Both the position numbers and the translations under genes were made by a program. A stretch of 64,000 nucleotides of DNA from Squalus acanthias (Eukaryota), in contig CM059432.1 of the NCBI GenBank assembly GCA_030390025.1, positions 25,794,001 through 25,858,000 of the forward strand, written 5' to 3'. Below the pieces are notes generated by a model that worked only from the letters and a program-made list of their open reading frames with translations, was not told the DNA's origin and ran no database searches. Position 1 is the stretch's first letter. Each line of letters opens with the position of its first letter. This document shows positions 34,470-47,358 of the stretch, piece by piece.

Positions 34470-36315
34470 TAGAAAGAAAGTAATAAGAGGTGCAAAAAGG
34501 AAGAATTAAAAGAAGCTTGCAAGAGATATCAAAGCTAACAGTAAACGGTTTTATAAATATATTAAGAGAAAGAGTGGTAAGGGGGAAATGTTGGCCTATT
34601 AAGGATAGATGCAGGTGATACTATAATGGAAAATAAGGAAATGACAGACTTGTTAAATGAATACTTTTATCTGTTTTCACAGTAGAGGATGAGGACAAAA
34701 TACCTGTGGTACCAAGGAAGCTAACAATATGTCAAGGGGAGTAACTTATTGGATGTAATATAAGAAAAAGATGTTAATGGAGAAAATAATGGGACTTAAG
34801 ATAAACACATCTTCAGGATCACGTGCTCTCCACTCTAGGGTATTAAAAGAAACAGGTAGGTAAATTGCTGATGCAGTAGTCACAATTTTCCAAAGCTCTC
34901 TAGCTTTGGGAATTACGCCTTTGGAAAAACTGCAAATCTCACTCCATTATTAAAGAAAGGAGTGTGAGAGAAATCAAGAAACTACAGACTTGTCAGTTTA
35001 ATGTCAGTTGTGGGGAAATTATTAGAATCTATCATCAGAGAGTTGGCATGAATTTGTGAAGGATAGTTATGTCTGACTAATCTAGTTGAATTTTTCGAGG
35101 AGGTCACTAACATGGCGAATGGGGGCAGGGGGGGGGGGGGTCTACATGGACTTCCAGAAGGCATTTGATAAGATTTCGCACAGAGATTATTAGCAAACAT
35201 GACAGTGCACAGAATTGGAGACATGGGATGGTAATTGGTTGGCAGGTAGGAACCTTACAGCATGGGATGGTATTTGGTTCGGAGGTAGGAGACAGAAAGT
35301 AGGGATAAAGGGAATGTAGTCTAGTTGGTGGGATGTGACAAGTGGTGTTCCCCAGGGATCTGTACTGGAGTCTCAGCTTTTGCCATATATATCAATTCCT
35401 TCAATAAAGGAGTAGAGAGTTTTAGATCCAAGTTTGCAGCTAACACTGAGTTCGGAGGTACAGTAAATTAAGTTGGGGGTACAGTAAGTTACGTAGATGG
35501 GAGCAAAGGGACATGAACAGATCAAATGAGTGGGAAAAACCATGGCAGATGGAGATCAATGTGGGGAAGTGTGGGGCCATACACTTTGGACCCAAGGAAG
35601 ATAAATCGGAGTATTTTCTAAATGGTGAGAAACTAAGAGCTGTGGAGGAGCAAAGAGATTTAGGAGTCTAAGTACACCAATCACTAGTAGCTAGCACAGA
35701 GGTACAAAAATTAATCAAAAAGGCTAATGAAATGTTGGCCTTTATCTCAAGGGAGTTGGAATACAAAGGGAAGGAAGTGTGCTTCAGTTGTACAGAGCCT
35801 TGGTCAGACCCCATCTTAAGTATTGCATTCAGTTTTGAGCACCGCACCTCAGGAAGGATATATTGACCTTGGAGGGAGATTCACCAGGATGTTACAAGGG
35901 CTTAAAGGCTCATAATCCCTTGAGTATTGAAGATTGGGGGGTGATCAGATTGCTATGTTTAAAATGATAAAACAATTTGATAGCGTAGACACAGCGAAGC
36001 GTTTTCCTCTGGTGGGGGAACCCGGAACAATGGGGCACAATCTTAAAATTAGAGTTCAGCCTTTCAGGAGTGAAATCAGGAAGCACTATTTCACACAAAG
36101 GGCAGTGGAAATATGGAATTCTCTCCCCCAAAAGGCTGTGGATGCTGGGCCAATTGCAATTTCCAAGATAAAGATCGACAGATTTTTATTAGGTAAGGGT
36201 ATCAAAGGATCTGGATCAAAGACGGATAAATGGAGCTGAGGTACGTATCAGCCATAATCTAATTAAATGGTGGAACAGGCTCAAGGAACTGAATGACCTA
36301 CTTCTGTTCTGATGT
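34470..36315 (+). mobile_element. Decayed CR1 LINE (ORF2 remnant plus 3' UTR)
   Basis: Contains GACTTCCAGAAGGCATTTGATAAG (DFQKAFDK), AGTGGTGTTCCCCAGGGATCTGTACTGG (SGVPQGSVL) and RKHYFTQRAVEIWNSLP, with many stops and frameshifts. Confidence 0.9.
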
Positions 36316-36358
36316 AACACAGAGGCATACATTGCACAACAGTAGCATGGCACACAAT

Positions 36359-37120
36359 GGCCTGAAAATTAAACCTAATACGCGAGAGTACGCACTGTGT
36401 ACTCTCGCTTATTAGGTCCCGAATTGCCGGTTTCCTGCATGCACTGCGCATGCGCGGGAAACCGGCACTTCGTGAATTGCAAAGGGGGCGGTTCCTAAGT
36501 GAACCGTGTGCGCGCTACAGGTTGTGCGCACGCAGTGCACTTAGTTTTTTTTTCAGGTTTGAACGCGCAGGTAAGTGGTGAAGATTTTACACATAAAGAA
36601 AGCAGGCGTAGGACCCCCTTTTAACAAGGTAAGTAGTTAATTAAGTGTTATTTTACATTTTTTTCAACAGGTTTATCTTTTTTAGAGACTTTAAAGAAAG
36701 GTAAGTTTATTTTTATAACTTTTAAAAAGATTTGAAATTTTTTCAAAAATTTAATTTTTTGTTTAAAGTGGTTAATTTATTTAACTATACTTATTTTATT
36801 AATGTGATGGCTTTTTTTAATTTAATTGAGGTTTAGCTGTTCTTTTGGGGGGGTATAGTATTCATAGCTTTGACAGCCCTTGCTGTCAAAACTATGAATG
36901 AAAGATGGTGTGCTGCCATTGGCTCTAACTGAATCACGTGATCCCAGAGCTCGCACGAACTAATTGCGCCTCTGGGATACGCAAGCACTGCACGGTTGCA
37001 ACAGGGAGAGGCTCTGAAACTAAAGTTCGTGTGGGCCCCAAACAAAAAGGTAGGCGCGGAGTGCGATATTGCGGGGAATCCTTACCCCCGCGGTAACCAT
37101 CAATGTTTAATTTCTGGGCC
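36359..37120. mobile_element. MITE family 2 (Harbinger/Tourist-like), copy 1
   Basis: TIRs GGCCTGAAAATTAAAC / GTTTAATTTCTGGGCC with flanks AAT/ATT. Colinear with 61103-61843 and has no coding capacity. Confidence 0.85.
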
Positions 37121-37244
37121 ATTATATTGGCATCTTACTTGTCACAGGCATTCCATTCTGAGAGAATAATAGATTTTTCTTTTCTACTCCTACAGGGTCT
37201 TCACAAAATGAAAGCAGCTTTTTTTTAAGTTCTTTGTTTTCATG

Positions 37245-38245
37245 ATGTGGGGACACTGACAAAGCTACATTTATTGCCCATCCCTAGTTGCCCTAAGACG
37301 GTGGTGTTGGCTGTTCTCCTTGAACCGCTGCAGTCCTTGTGCAGATGGTGCATGCACAATGGTATTAAGTAGGGATTCCAGGATTTTTGCCCAGTGACAA
37401 TGAAGGGATAGTGGTATATTGTCAGTTCAGGACGGCGTGTGTCTTAGCAGGGAACTTGGAGCTAATGGTGCTCCCATGATGATACTGCTCTTATCCTTCT
37501 TAGTGGTAGCGGTCACGGTGTTGTTGAAGTAAGCTTGGTGTGTTGCTGCAGTGCATCCCATAGATAGTGCCTACTGCAACCACAATGCAGTATTGTGGAT
37601 ATTAAGTCCAGTGGTAGAAGTGAACTGTTCTGACTTGGATGGTGTCAAGCTTCATGAGTATCGTTGCAGCTGCCTTCATCCAGATGAGTGACGACCTTTT
37701 CATTATATTCTTCACTTGAGCCTTGTAGATGGTGGAAAGGCTTTGTGGAGTTAGGAGGTGAGCCTCTCGTCGTATAGTACCCAGTCTCCACCTTACTCTT
37801 GTAGCTATGTTATTGATATGACTAGTATAAAACTCTGGTGACCTCTAGGATGTTGATGGTGAGGAAACTCTGCAATTATGGTGACATTGAAGTTCAAGGG
37901 AGATGGCTGGACCTTTTCTTGTTGGAGATGGTCATTATCTGGCATTTACATGGTAAAATGTTACCTGTTACTTCTCAGCCCAAACTGGATTTTGTCCAGT
38001 TCCTACTGTTGGCTGGTATGGGCTGGTTCATCAGTGGAGGAATTGTGAGTAGAGCTGAATACAGTACAATCATTACCAACAGCCTTACTCCCAACCTTAT
38101 GATGGAAGGAAGGCCATTGATGAATTTGTTACAGTTGGGTCTAGGACTCTAGCCTGAGGAACTCCTGCAGTAATATCCTGGGGTTGTGATAATTGGCTTC
38201 CAACAACCACGACCATCTTCCTTTGTGTCAGGCATAACTCCAGCT
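37245..38245 (-). mobile_element. Decayed LINE family B 3' fragment
   Basis: Reverse complement of the family-B tail (ATTTATTGCCCATCCCTAGTTGCCCT near 37270) and the peptide MVVVVGSQLSQPQDITAGVPQ. Confidence 0.85.
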
Positions 38246-39114
38246 GCTGGAGGGTTTTCCTCTTTCCTGGGACAAAGCACTTCACAGCATGTTGTATTAT
38301 CCACTCTACCTGCTGCAAGCACCACCACAGATCCAAGTACCCAACAGCATTTAATTAGTGAATTTGAGGATCGAATACTGGGTGATGCAGAGATCAAAAG
38401 TGAGGAGGATCAAGTGGAGGTAGCAGCATTGGAACAGCAGCATGAGACATCCCCCAGCTGCATGTGCAAGGGATTGGTATTCTATTGGCCATTCCCTTGA
38501 GACATTCATTGGAACAGAGTCTTACCAAGGGTTGTTAGTGAATGTATAATACATCTCTGATCTTTCCGCATCAATGCATGAAGGATGTTCACAGCTACAG
38601 TTCACAAAGGAGTGAGTGACTACTTCACTGGCATCTACAGGAAAGCTCTCAGGGACAGAAGAACCAGATGCTAACATAGATTCTCTCACAAATGTTGTGA
38701 CTCAGGCAAATGAGACCTTGGGTTCTAACTTACAAAAGTCTGCTGCAGCCAGACCTGATAGGCTCAGAGTTTGGCCCAAGAGAACTGTGATGGCAACATT
38801 CACACACTTCAGTAGTGCGCTACGCAAATGCAGATTGCAAATCATCCTGCAGGGCTGCACAGCACTCTGTTTGGCAGGGGAAGGGAGACATGAAGCTGCT
38901 TCATCCATCCAAAATAACCAGGCTCCTCAAAGCATTAAGTGGCAGTTTTTTGAGCAGACACTGGCAGCCAATGCCTTCTAAAACATGGTTCCTAGAGCTT
39001 CAACAGCAACTCCATCCATTAAGGCATGAAACAACCAGAATTTGCACTCCTACTCGGTCAAACATAGCACTATATTTGGGGCCGAAAGAATGAACAAATT
39101 GTGAGCATTCATAC

Positions 39115-39240
39115 GGCGTCACTTCTGACAATGCAGCACTCCCTCAGTATTGCATTGAATTATCAGCATAGATTTTGTCCTGAAGTCCTGAAGTGGGACT
39201 TAAACCCACAACTTTCTGATTTACAGGCAACTGAGCAAAG
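39115..39240 (-). mobile_element. Deu-type SINE 5' fragment
   Basis: GCAGCACTCCCTCAGTATTGCA and GTGGGACTTAAACCCACAAC are reverse complements of the SINE head at 51920-52010. Confidence 0.7.
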
Positions 39241-39464
39241 CTGGTGCCTAAAAAACATCATAAAAGATCACAGAAGGAGAGCATAGGTGTGGGGATTCAT
39301 TTTATGACAAAATGTATCACATTCAATTTGGAACATTTCATTTCTATCTGATGCAGACTGCTTCTGTTAGGAAGGACCATGTTACAAATTATAGTTGAAT
39401 GGTTTAATATGGCAGTGAATCTGCAGTAGATGGAAATGGACAGGATGATACCTCTGTGTACGAT

Positions 39465-40184
39465 GGCCCTGAATTTGTGGTCAGCAGCGAAGCGAAGGCG
39501 GTCGCTGCTGGCCCCGAAGTACGCTCTGCACCAGGATCTCGCAATCCCTGTGTCGAGAACTTCGGGTTTTCCAACCTTGAATTCAATTCAACAGAAATTA
39601 ATGGGAATCCCCTTGTGCGAACTGTTGTGACGCCAACAGACAGCAAACAAGGAAATGAGGAAGCCCTTGAAATTCTAACTTTTTTAAATAGTTAGAGAGA
39701 GCAAAAGAAAGATTGGGGTTCTCACATGGGGAAAAGGCAAACCTAAAATAAAGATGCACAAACTTAAAAAAAAAGCAAAAAAAACATTTTGACAAGTTTC
39801 TTAAAATGTTATTTTTTATTAAAATGGACAAATTTCACACTGCACAAAATTAAAATTAGTTTAGCTTTGTTTAGCAGTCAATATGCTGATAAATCCCCAA
39901 TTACACCAAATCACTTTGGGTTTAACTTTTAGTGGGGAATTTAACAGCGTATTTACTGCGGAAGAGCTGAAGTTTTCGTCAGTTTCAATGATTTCTGAGA
40001 TTTCAGATTGCCAGCTCTGTGTGGGGGGGGGGGGCGCAGCCAGTTTCGGAGCTGTCATTGACAGACCGCAACTTTGGGATTTCCGCATGCGCTTGCGGCA
40101 AATCCCGAGTTGCTGTCAGTTTCGAAGGCAGTACGACAGCGTACTCTGACAGTTCGCCGTCATACCGACTGCAAATTCAGGGCC
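39465..40184. mobile_element. MITE family 3 (GGCC-terminal, Harbinger/Tourist-like)
   Basis: Perfect 13-bp TIR GGCCCTGAATTTG / CAAATTCAGGGCC, CpG-rich ends and an AT-rich core. The TSD is unclear (GAT/ATT). Confidence 0.75.
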
Positions 40185-40419
40185 ATTATGTTTGTCTCTA
40201 AAACTTGTGCAGGGGCTTAAACTGGAAATTAATGAAAGCAATTATCAATGAGCGCCTGTCATATTGATTTTCTGGCTACAACTCAGCGTTTTCTACTTCC
40301 TCCTCCCTTTCCTCATCACCATCCTCTAGTACTCCTCGCCCATGATGACTCCTCCTTGTATAGCAAATTTATACAACACACAGCAGGCATTGTTTATTTT
40401 GGACACCTTTGCAGGGTTC

Positions 40420-40850
40420 TCCTTTCCCCTCCCTTTCTAATCCCCTTTGGCCCTTTCCTCTCTCCATCGTCTTGTCCCTTCCCCTTACCCTCTCTTCCTT
40501 TACCCTGCCATCCTCCTTTCTCCCTTCCCTCATCTCTCTCTCACCCTTCCATCCCCTCCTCTCTCCTTCTGCTCCCTCTCTCCAACCTCCCCTCTCTCTT
40601 TCCCCATCCATTCCTTCTATACTCTCTTTTTCCCTTCCTTCCCTATCCCCTTCCTCTCCCCCTCTTCTCCATGTCCTCTCTTCCCTTCATATCCTAATCG
40701 TCACTTTTTTCCCTTCCCTGTCCTCCTCTCCCACCTCCCTCCCCCTCTCCTCCCCCTCACAGTATCTCTAGTTCCTTCCCCCTCCTACATGTCTTCTCTC
40801 TTCATCCTCTCCCACTGTTCTCTCCCTTCCCTTCCATCTGCCTCCTCTCG
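40420..40850. repeat. Low-complexity polypyrimidine (CT-rich) tract
   Basis: About 430 bp that are almost entirely C/T on the + strand. Confidence 0.95.
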
Positions 40851-41604
40851 CACCTTATTGAATTATCTTTCCACTCTAACCTTGTTTGACCTGAAGAGTG
40901 TCTTTGGTCTTGACTCGCTATGTGCAATATCACGGGAGATTGACTGATTTGAAATAAGCAGGTTAATGCTTGTGTTAAACTATAAGACGGGGAAATTCAT
41001 ACTAATGTGTTCAGCATTCAGCCGCTAATACTGACATTAGCAACTTTTATGCTTTAGTCTTCCATTTATGATCCTGATGAACTAGAAAGTTTTACCAATT
41101 CACAAATGTTGATTTGTTTTTCTGCTCCTGACATTACAATCTCTTCAGTTGAGGACAACACAAAGGCAATTTACAAACAGGCACCGGTGGAGATGGCAGT
41201 TGTATAAATAAGAGTAAACTTAGATGGCTTTGAGGTCATGATGTTTATGGAGCCTGAATGATTTTTCCTCTTTTATCATATAGCCCAGAATTTCTTTTTT
41301 ATTGAGGTTAAATTGTAATGAGGATAGGACAGCAACAGATGTATCATCACCATCAGAGATAGAGAACAAATTGAATTGCAGTGTTGATTGATAACTTGCA
41401 GTCAAACTCAATATTAGATGTTTAATGCTTAGTGCCAGAAACAACAGAAGATAGAAACATCTACTCACATAGGGAGAAGTGGTAGTGGCACTGTTCGAGA
41501 GAACAGCAGGAGCAGAATTTATGGGAATAAAAGCACAAGTCTGACTTTGATAAACTTTTGGTGTGTCTATGCATTCTGCTCAATTGACTTTTGGAATCCT
41601 TATG

Positions 41605-43200
41605 CATTCTGTTTAACAATCTTTTGAAGTGCCGATAGATTCTGTTCAATAAATCTTTAACATCCAGTTAAATAGACATTTGGAGTGCTTATATATTCTG
41701 TTCAGTAGACCTTTAGAGTACCTGTATATCCTTTTCAATAGACTTTTAAACTACCTATCAGCTAATGTCCCAGACTCCCCCATCACCATCCCTAGATATG
41801 TTCTGTCCCACTGGCAAGACACAGCCAGCAGAGGTGGGGACACAGTGATATAGTCAGATAGATTGGCCCTAGGATCCTCAACATTGACTCTGGACTCTAT
41901 GAAGTATTATGGCTTCTGGTCAAACATGGTCAAAGAAACCTAGCAGCCACAGCATTAATGTGGCTGCTCCAGTTGAGTTTCCAGTCAATTATGACTCCCA
42001 GGATGTTGATGGTGGCAAACTCAGTGATGGTAACGCCATTGAATGTCATGAGGAAGTGGTTTGACTCTCTCTTGTTGGAGATAGTCATTGCCTGACACTT
42101 AAGTGGCACAAACATCACTTAACACTTATCAACCCAAGCCTGGATGTTATCCAAGTATTGCTGCATACGGGCACAGACTACTTCATTATCTGAGGAATTG
42201 CAAATGGAGCTGAACACTATGCAATCATCAGTAAACAGCACCTTATGGTGGAGGGAAGGTCACTGATGAAGCAACTTAACATAGTTGGACCTAGCAAACT
42301 CCTGCAGCAATGTTCTGGGGCTGAAATGATTAGCCTCCAACAACTACAACCATCTTCCTTTGTGCTGGGTATGACTTCAGCAATTGGAGAGCTTTCCCCC
42401 AATGGACACTAACTACAGTTTTACTAGGGCTCCTTGTGCTACACTCGGTCGAATGCTGCATGGGTATTAAGGGGAGTCACTCTCATCTCATTTGAATGTG
42501 GCCATCAGCTGCTTGCCCGTTTGGGGCAGAAGCCAGCAGCTGGCCGGCTGGGGGTGGGATGAAGTTTGGGTGGCCCGGAGGCTGCCTGCCAACACCAAGA
42601 GAATGCTGCTGCCAGCGAGGTAAGACTGCCAGCAAGGTAAGGAGGAGCAATGTTGTGAGGGTCTTGTGGTTGGGTAGGGGTTGGAGCCTGGGGCAGCAAA
42701 TGCTCGAACCTCCCATGTAGTCCTCTGAGCTCCACTAAAGAAAGTTGTTTAAACTTACCTTATAGGATCTCGCTGGCTTCGCCACAGCGTTATCTGGTGG
42801 AGCGGCTGTGATGGGCGCCACATTCATGCGTAGGTTAAAATGCCATTGAGGTCCCATGTACGCCAGGGGACGCCAATTTTCATTTATAAATGAGGCTCCT
42901 GCTGGAGTCTCATCCCCCACAAAAACCAATAGCGCTAAATGGGGAATCGGTGGGAACAAAGCAGGAAATCGAACCGCTCCATTTTAACTGCATCCTACTA
43001 CTTTCCCACTAATCATGTTTAACAACCTTCTGGAGTGTTCAATAAACTTTGGAGCACTTGTATATGCTATTCAATAGACTTTTGGTGTATTTATTTAACC
43101 AATTCAATAGACTTTTGGAGCACCTGTTCATGCTATTCAATAGACTTTTGAAGTGTTTATTTAACCTATTCAAAAGACTTTTGGAGTGCCTGTACATTTG
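41605..43200. repeat. Degenerate ~33-bp minisatellite in two parts (41605-41755, 43010-43200) separated by inserted repeats
   Basis: A TTCAATAGACTTTTGGAG-like core recurs at ~33-bp spacing in both parts. Confidence 0.7.
41762..42490. mobile_element. Two LINE family B fragments in opposite orientation (endonuclease part + 41762-41940; RT part - 41942-42490)
   Basis: 41762-41940 matches 54993-55175. 41942-42490 is the reverse complement of about 56565-57120. Confidence 0.8.
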
Positions 43201-43218
43201 GCCTTATGTAGGTTCTGA

Positions 43219-44092
43219 GGGGGAGAAATTCGGTATCGCCCCATTTGGGGCGCAATTATCGGCCGGGCGCAAAGTTTAGCGCCTGACGCTAATTATCGCC
43301 TCCAACTGCAAACTTGGCTTCTATCACCCCTGGAGGTGATTGGAGCGCTAAATCAGGCGCTACACACCTCTCTTAAGGCACTAACGCTGAGGAGCGAGGC
43401 GCTACCTCAGAGCGCTGGCGAAGCTCATGTGATGTCAGTCAGCAATGGAACACAGACACACTGGCGCCGGCCAGTTCTTAAAGGGCAGGGTCGATCTTGC
43501 TCTCCATCCACACCCTGCTCATTGCAGCCTTGAATCTTGGCCTGGAGAGACCTGTACATCAAATCTGTTGGAAAGAACAATGGAGAGACCCAGGGAAAGA
43601 ACTCAGAGTGCAGCCCCCACAGTTTCTTCTAAATCGATGCACGGAAGATCAAATCAAAAAGAACCTGCAAAGTGCTGCTCGGTACCCAAAACTCCTCAAC
43701 ACAGCTTTGAATATCTCCTGCAGTCTCTCTCTCTCACTCAGAATGCGCGGTGCAAAAATTTCGCCGACAAAAAAAGGCAGGAAGCGGTCGCCTTTAAATA
43801 GTGCTCCCCCAGTCCCTTCCCGACTGCAAAACGCTCCCCTCAACTTGTCGTTGCTAGCGGCAGGCGGTAAGACAGAGGGTGCCACTCAATATCCGGTCCG
43901 GGGCACTACCGACTGACGTCACGATCTGCGGGCGCAGGAGATCGTGGCAGTAGTGTTTAGCGCCGCCGCAAAATGTCTAGTCAATTTCATGAGCGGCGCA
44001 AACATCGCCGCGCACGGGCGCTAGTTGCTTTGCGCCCCATTAGCGCCCTCTTTAGGCACTAATGGGAGGCGCAAACCAACCGAATTTTTCCC
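43219..44092 (+). mobile_element. Non-autonomous deletion derivative (MITE) of the 29242 Harbinger, 874 bp
   Basis: TIRs GGGGGAGAAATTCGGT / ACCGAATTTTTCCC with TSD TGA (43216-43218, 44093-44095). Left and right arms are joined at CTCAGAGTGCAGCCCCCACAG (~43602-43622). Confidence 0.95.
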
Positions 44093-45865
44093 TGAATGTT
44101 TTAGAGGTCTTTTTAATTAATTTTAGATTGACGAGCAAATTTTGGATTCAGAGTAGGGAGAGGCATGAGCTATTCGGGAAAGAAGCACTGCCCTTGTTGC
44201 CCCTTCCTGGCACTACCCTGACCCCACGTGGTAGCAATGGCAAAATAATCTGGACTCTCACTTGATCCTCAGGGATGGTACTTTGTTGTATTTCCTGTCA
44301 GGAAGCCATATCCCTAGCAGGAAATTGAACAAGGAACAATGGGGGCCAATCATGTGTTCGGAAGCTTTAGAATCACAGCTGCACTTGGGTGTTCGATGTG
44401 CACTACTCATGTCTACATAATTGGAAAGTGCTCGAAGCCTGTGCAAGGCTCATCAAGACACCTAAATTTTATTCAATCAGCTCTATAATGTGCTGGAGGG
44501 CATGTGTAATGCTCCAGATGTTTGCCGTTTGTTTCAAATACAACAGGGCCCCCATTATTAAATGCTTTTCTTTTTCCTTAGAGTGTGTGCCCTTTGTTTC
44601 CTACTATTACATGCCGCTTATTTTCTCTCGTAAAGCCGCACAGCGGCATAGCGGCTTTCCTGTATTCCTGATTAGGCACAAAGGGATTTGAATCTGGATA
44701 ATAACCTTCAGCTGTACTGCATTTATCAGCTCAGACTTTTTTATCCAGGACATTTCACATTGTGCTGCCTATATTGGAATTATTTTGATCAATCCTCGAT
44801 TTGGAGCAGTAGGATTACAGAAGCCATGCCAGACAGGTAGGCTGGCACCATCTGCGCTTCTGTGTCCACCATTCTTATGTCATTACAAGGACAAGAAGGA
44901 ACTGTACCGTTGGGATAGGTTCCACCTGCACCGGGCTGTGACCAGGGTCCTAGCGGAAAGGATGAATAGGGCAGTCACAAGGATTTTAATCTACTAAATA
45001 GGGGGGAGGGCTCAGGTAGTATAAATAATAATTCTAAAACAAATGGAAGGGAAGGGAATAGAGTAATAGACAGAAATTGTACTATAGGCACTACAGGTAA
45101 AGGGTAAACTAAAATATGTAAAGTAATTAAATCAGGATTGAGAAATAACAAATGTGTGAGAAAAAGAACTTGAGAGCAGAAGGACAGGTTAGGGTGTGTG
45201 GCCCAAATAAGCATTCTTTATACAAACGCATGAGGTACAAGGAACAAACTGAATGAATTGTAGGTGCAAAAATAACTTAGAGGGTACAACATGGTAGCCA
45301 TTACTGAGACATCGCTGCATGATGGTCAGGACTGGGAACTGAATATACCTGGTTATAAGGTCTACAGGAAAGATAGAGAAACTGGTAGAAGGGGAGGAAT
45401 AGCCATAGTGATTAAGGATGAAATCATTTTAACAATAAGAGAGGATATAACGAAAGGTAAGCAGGCAGTGGAGACTCTATGGGCAGCATTAAGAAATAGA
45501 AAAGGATTTAAGACTGTAGTGGGAGATGTGTTTTGGCCCCCTGGTAGGAGCTGTGAAGTAGCAGAATGTATAAATGCAGGGATTAGACAAGCGTGTAGTA
45601 AAGGCAGAGTGGTTTTAATGGGAGATTTTAACTTTCATATAGATTGGGATAAGCAGACTAGCTCGTGTCAGAAAGGTAGTGAATTTCTTTAGTGTGTCCG
45701 GGATAGTTATCTGCAACAATATGTCCAAGAACCAACAAGGGGGCATGCCATATTAGATTTAGTAATGAGTAATGAGCCAGATTTAGTTAACAGCCTAATG
45801 TTGCGTGAACATTTATCTAATAGCGATCATAATATGATCAAGTTCAATGTTGTGTTTGAAAGGGA

Positions 45866-47358
45866 GAAAACTCTCCACTGGCTGGAGTCATACCTAGCAC
45901 AAATAATGATGGTTGTGGTGGTTGGAGGTCAATCATCACAGCCCCAGGACATCGCTGCGGGAGTTCCTCAGGGCAGTGTCCTAGGTCCAACCATTTTCAG
46001 CTGCTTCATCAATGAACTTCCCTCCATCATAAGGTCAGAAGTGGGGATGTTCGCTGATGACTGCACAGTGTTCAGTGCCATTCACAACTCTTCAGATAAT
46101 GAATCAGACCATGCCCGCATGCAGCAAGACCTGGACGACGTTCAGGCTTGGGCTGATAAGTGGCAGGTAACATTCGCGCCACACAAGTACCAGGCAATGA
46201 CTATCTCCAACAAGCGAGCGTCTAACCACTGCCCCTTGACATTCAATGGCATTACCATCGCCGAATACCCCACCATCAATATCCTGTGGGTCACCATTGA
46301 CCAGAAATTTAAATGGACCAGCCACATAAATACTGTGGCAACAACAGCAGGTCAGAGTCTGGGTATTCTGTGGCGAGTGTCTCACCTCCTGACTCCCCAA
46401 AGCCTTTCCACCATCTACAAGGCACAAGTCAGGAGTGTGATGGAATACTCTCCACTTGCCTGGATGAGTGCAGCTCCAACAACACACAAGAAGCTCGGCA
46501 CCATCCAAGACAAAGCATCCCGCTTGATTGGCACCCCATCCACCACCTTAAACATTCACTCCCTCCACCACCAGCGTACCGCGGCTGCAGTGTGTACCAT
46601 CTACAAGATGCACTGCAGCAACTCGCCAAGGCTTCTTCGGCAGCACCTCCCAAACCCATGACCTCTACCACCTAGAAGGACAAGGGCAGCAGGCGCATGG
46701 GAACACCACCACCTCCAAGTTCCCCTTCAAGTCACACACCATCCTGACTTCGAAGTATATCGCCGTTCCAGGGACTTGCGCACATAAAGCTAGGCTGACA
46801 CTCCAGTGCAGTGCTGAGGGAGTGCTGCACTGTTGGAGGTGCCGTCTTTCAGATGAGAAGTTACACCGAGACCCCGTCTGCTCTCTCAGGTGGACGTAAA
46901 AGATCCCATAGCACTATTTCGAAGAAGAGTAGGGGAATTATCCCCGGTGTCCTGGCCAATAGTTCTCCCTCAACCAACATAACAAAAATAGATTATCTGG
47001 TCATTTTCACATTGCTGTTTGTGGGAGCTTGCTGTGCACAAATTGGCTGCCGAATTTCCCACATTACAACAGTGACTCCACTTCAAAAGTACTTCATTGG
47101 CTGTAAAGCGCTTTGAGACGTCCGGTGGTCGTGAAAGGCGCTATATAAATGCAAGTCTTTCTTTCTTTTTACTTCATCATCGCTGGGTCAAAATCCTGCA
47201 ACTCCCTCTCTAACAGCACTGTGGGAGTACCTTCACCACACAGACTGCAGCGGTTCAAAATAGCAGTTCATCATCATCTTCTCAAGGGCAACTAGGGATG
47301 GGCAATAAATGCTGGCCTTGCCAGTGACGCCCACATCCCATGAACGAATACAAAAAAG
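45866..47358 (+). mobile_element. LINE family B 3' half nested in CR1
   Basis: [25 protein letters not shown] and YKAQVRSVMEY are present, with tail GGATGGGCAATAAATGCTGGCC...CCCATGAACGAATACAAAAAA. Confidence 0.92.
46770..47170 (+). mobile_element. 5'-truncated Deu-type SINE nested in LINE family B
   Basis: Near-identical to 51950-52340. It interrupts the LINE 3' region between CGCCGTTCC and TTCATCATCGC. Confidence 0.92.

Noticed and set aside
40248..40947. Pro/Ser/Leu-rich ORFs
   Set aside because: Translation of a CT-rich low-complexity tract.
44440..44800. Unique, repeat-free stretches that look enhancer-like (also ~40860-41460 and ~50100-50540)
   Set aside because: No evidence from the sequence alone. 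Cross-species alignment is needed.
45765..46661. 298-aa ORF as one intact ORF2
   Set aside because: Chance in-frame fusion of CR1 endonuclease sequence with the nested LINE-B RT half at ~45866.
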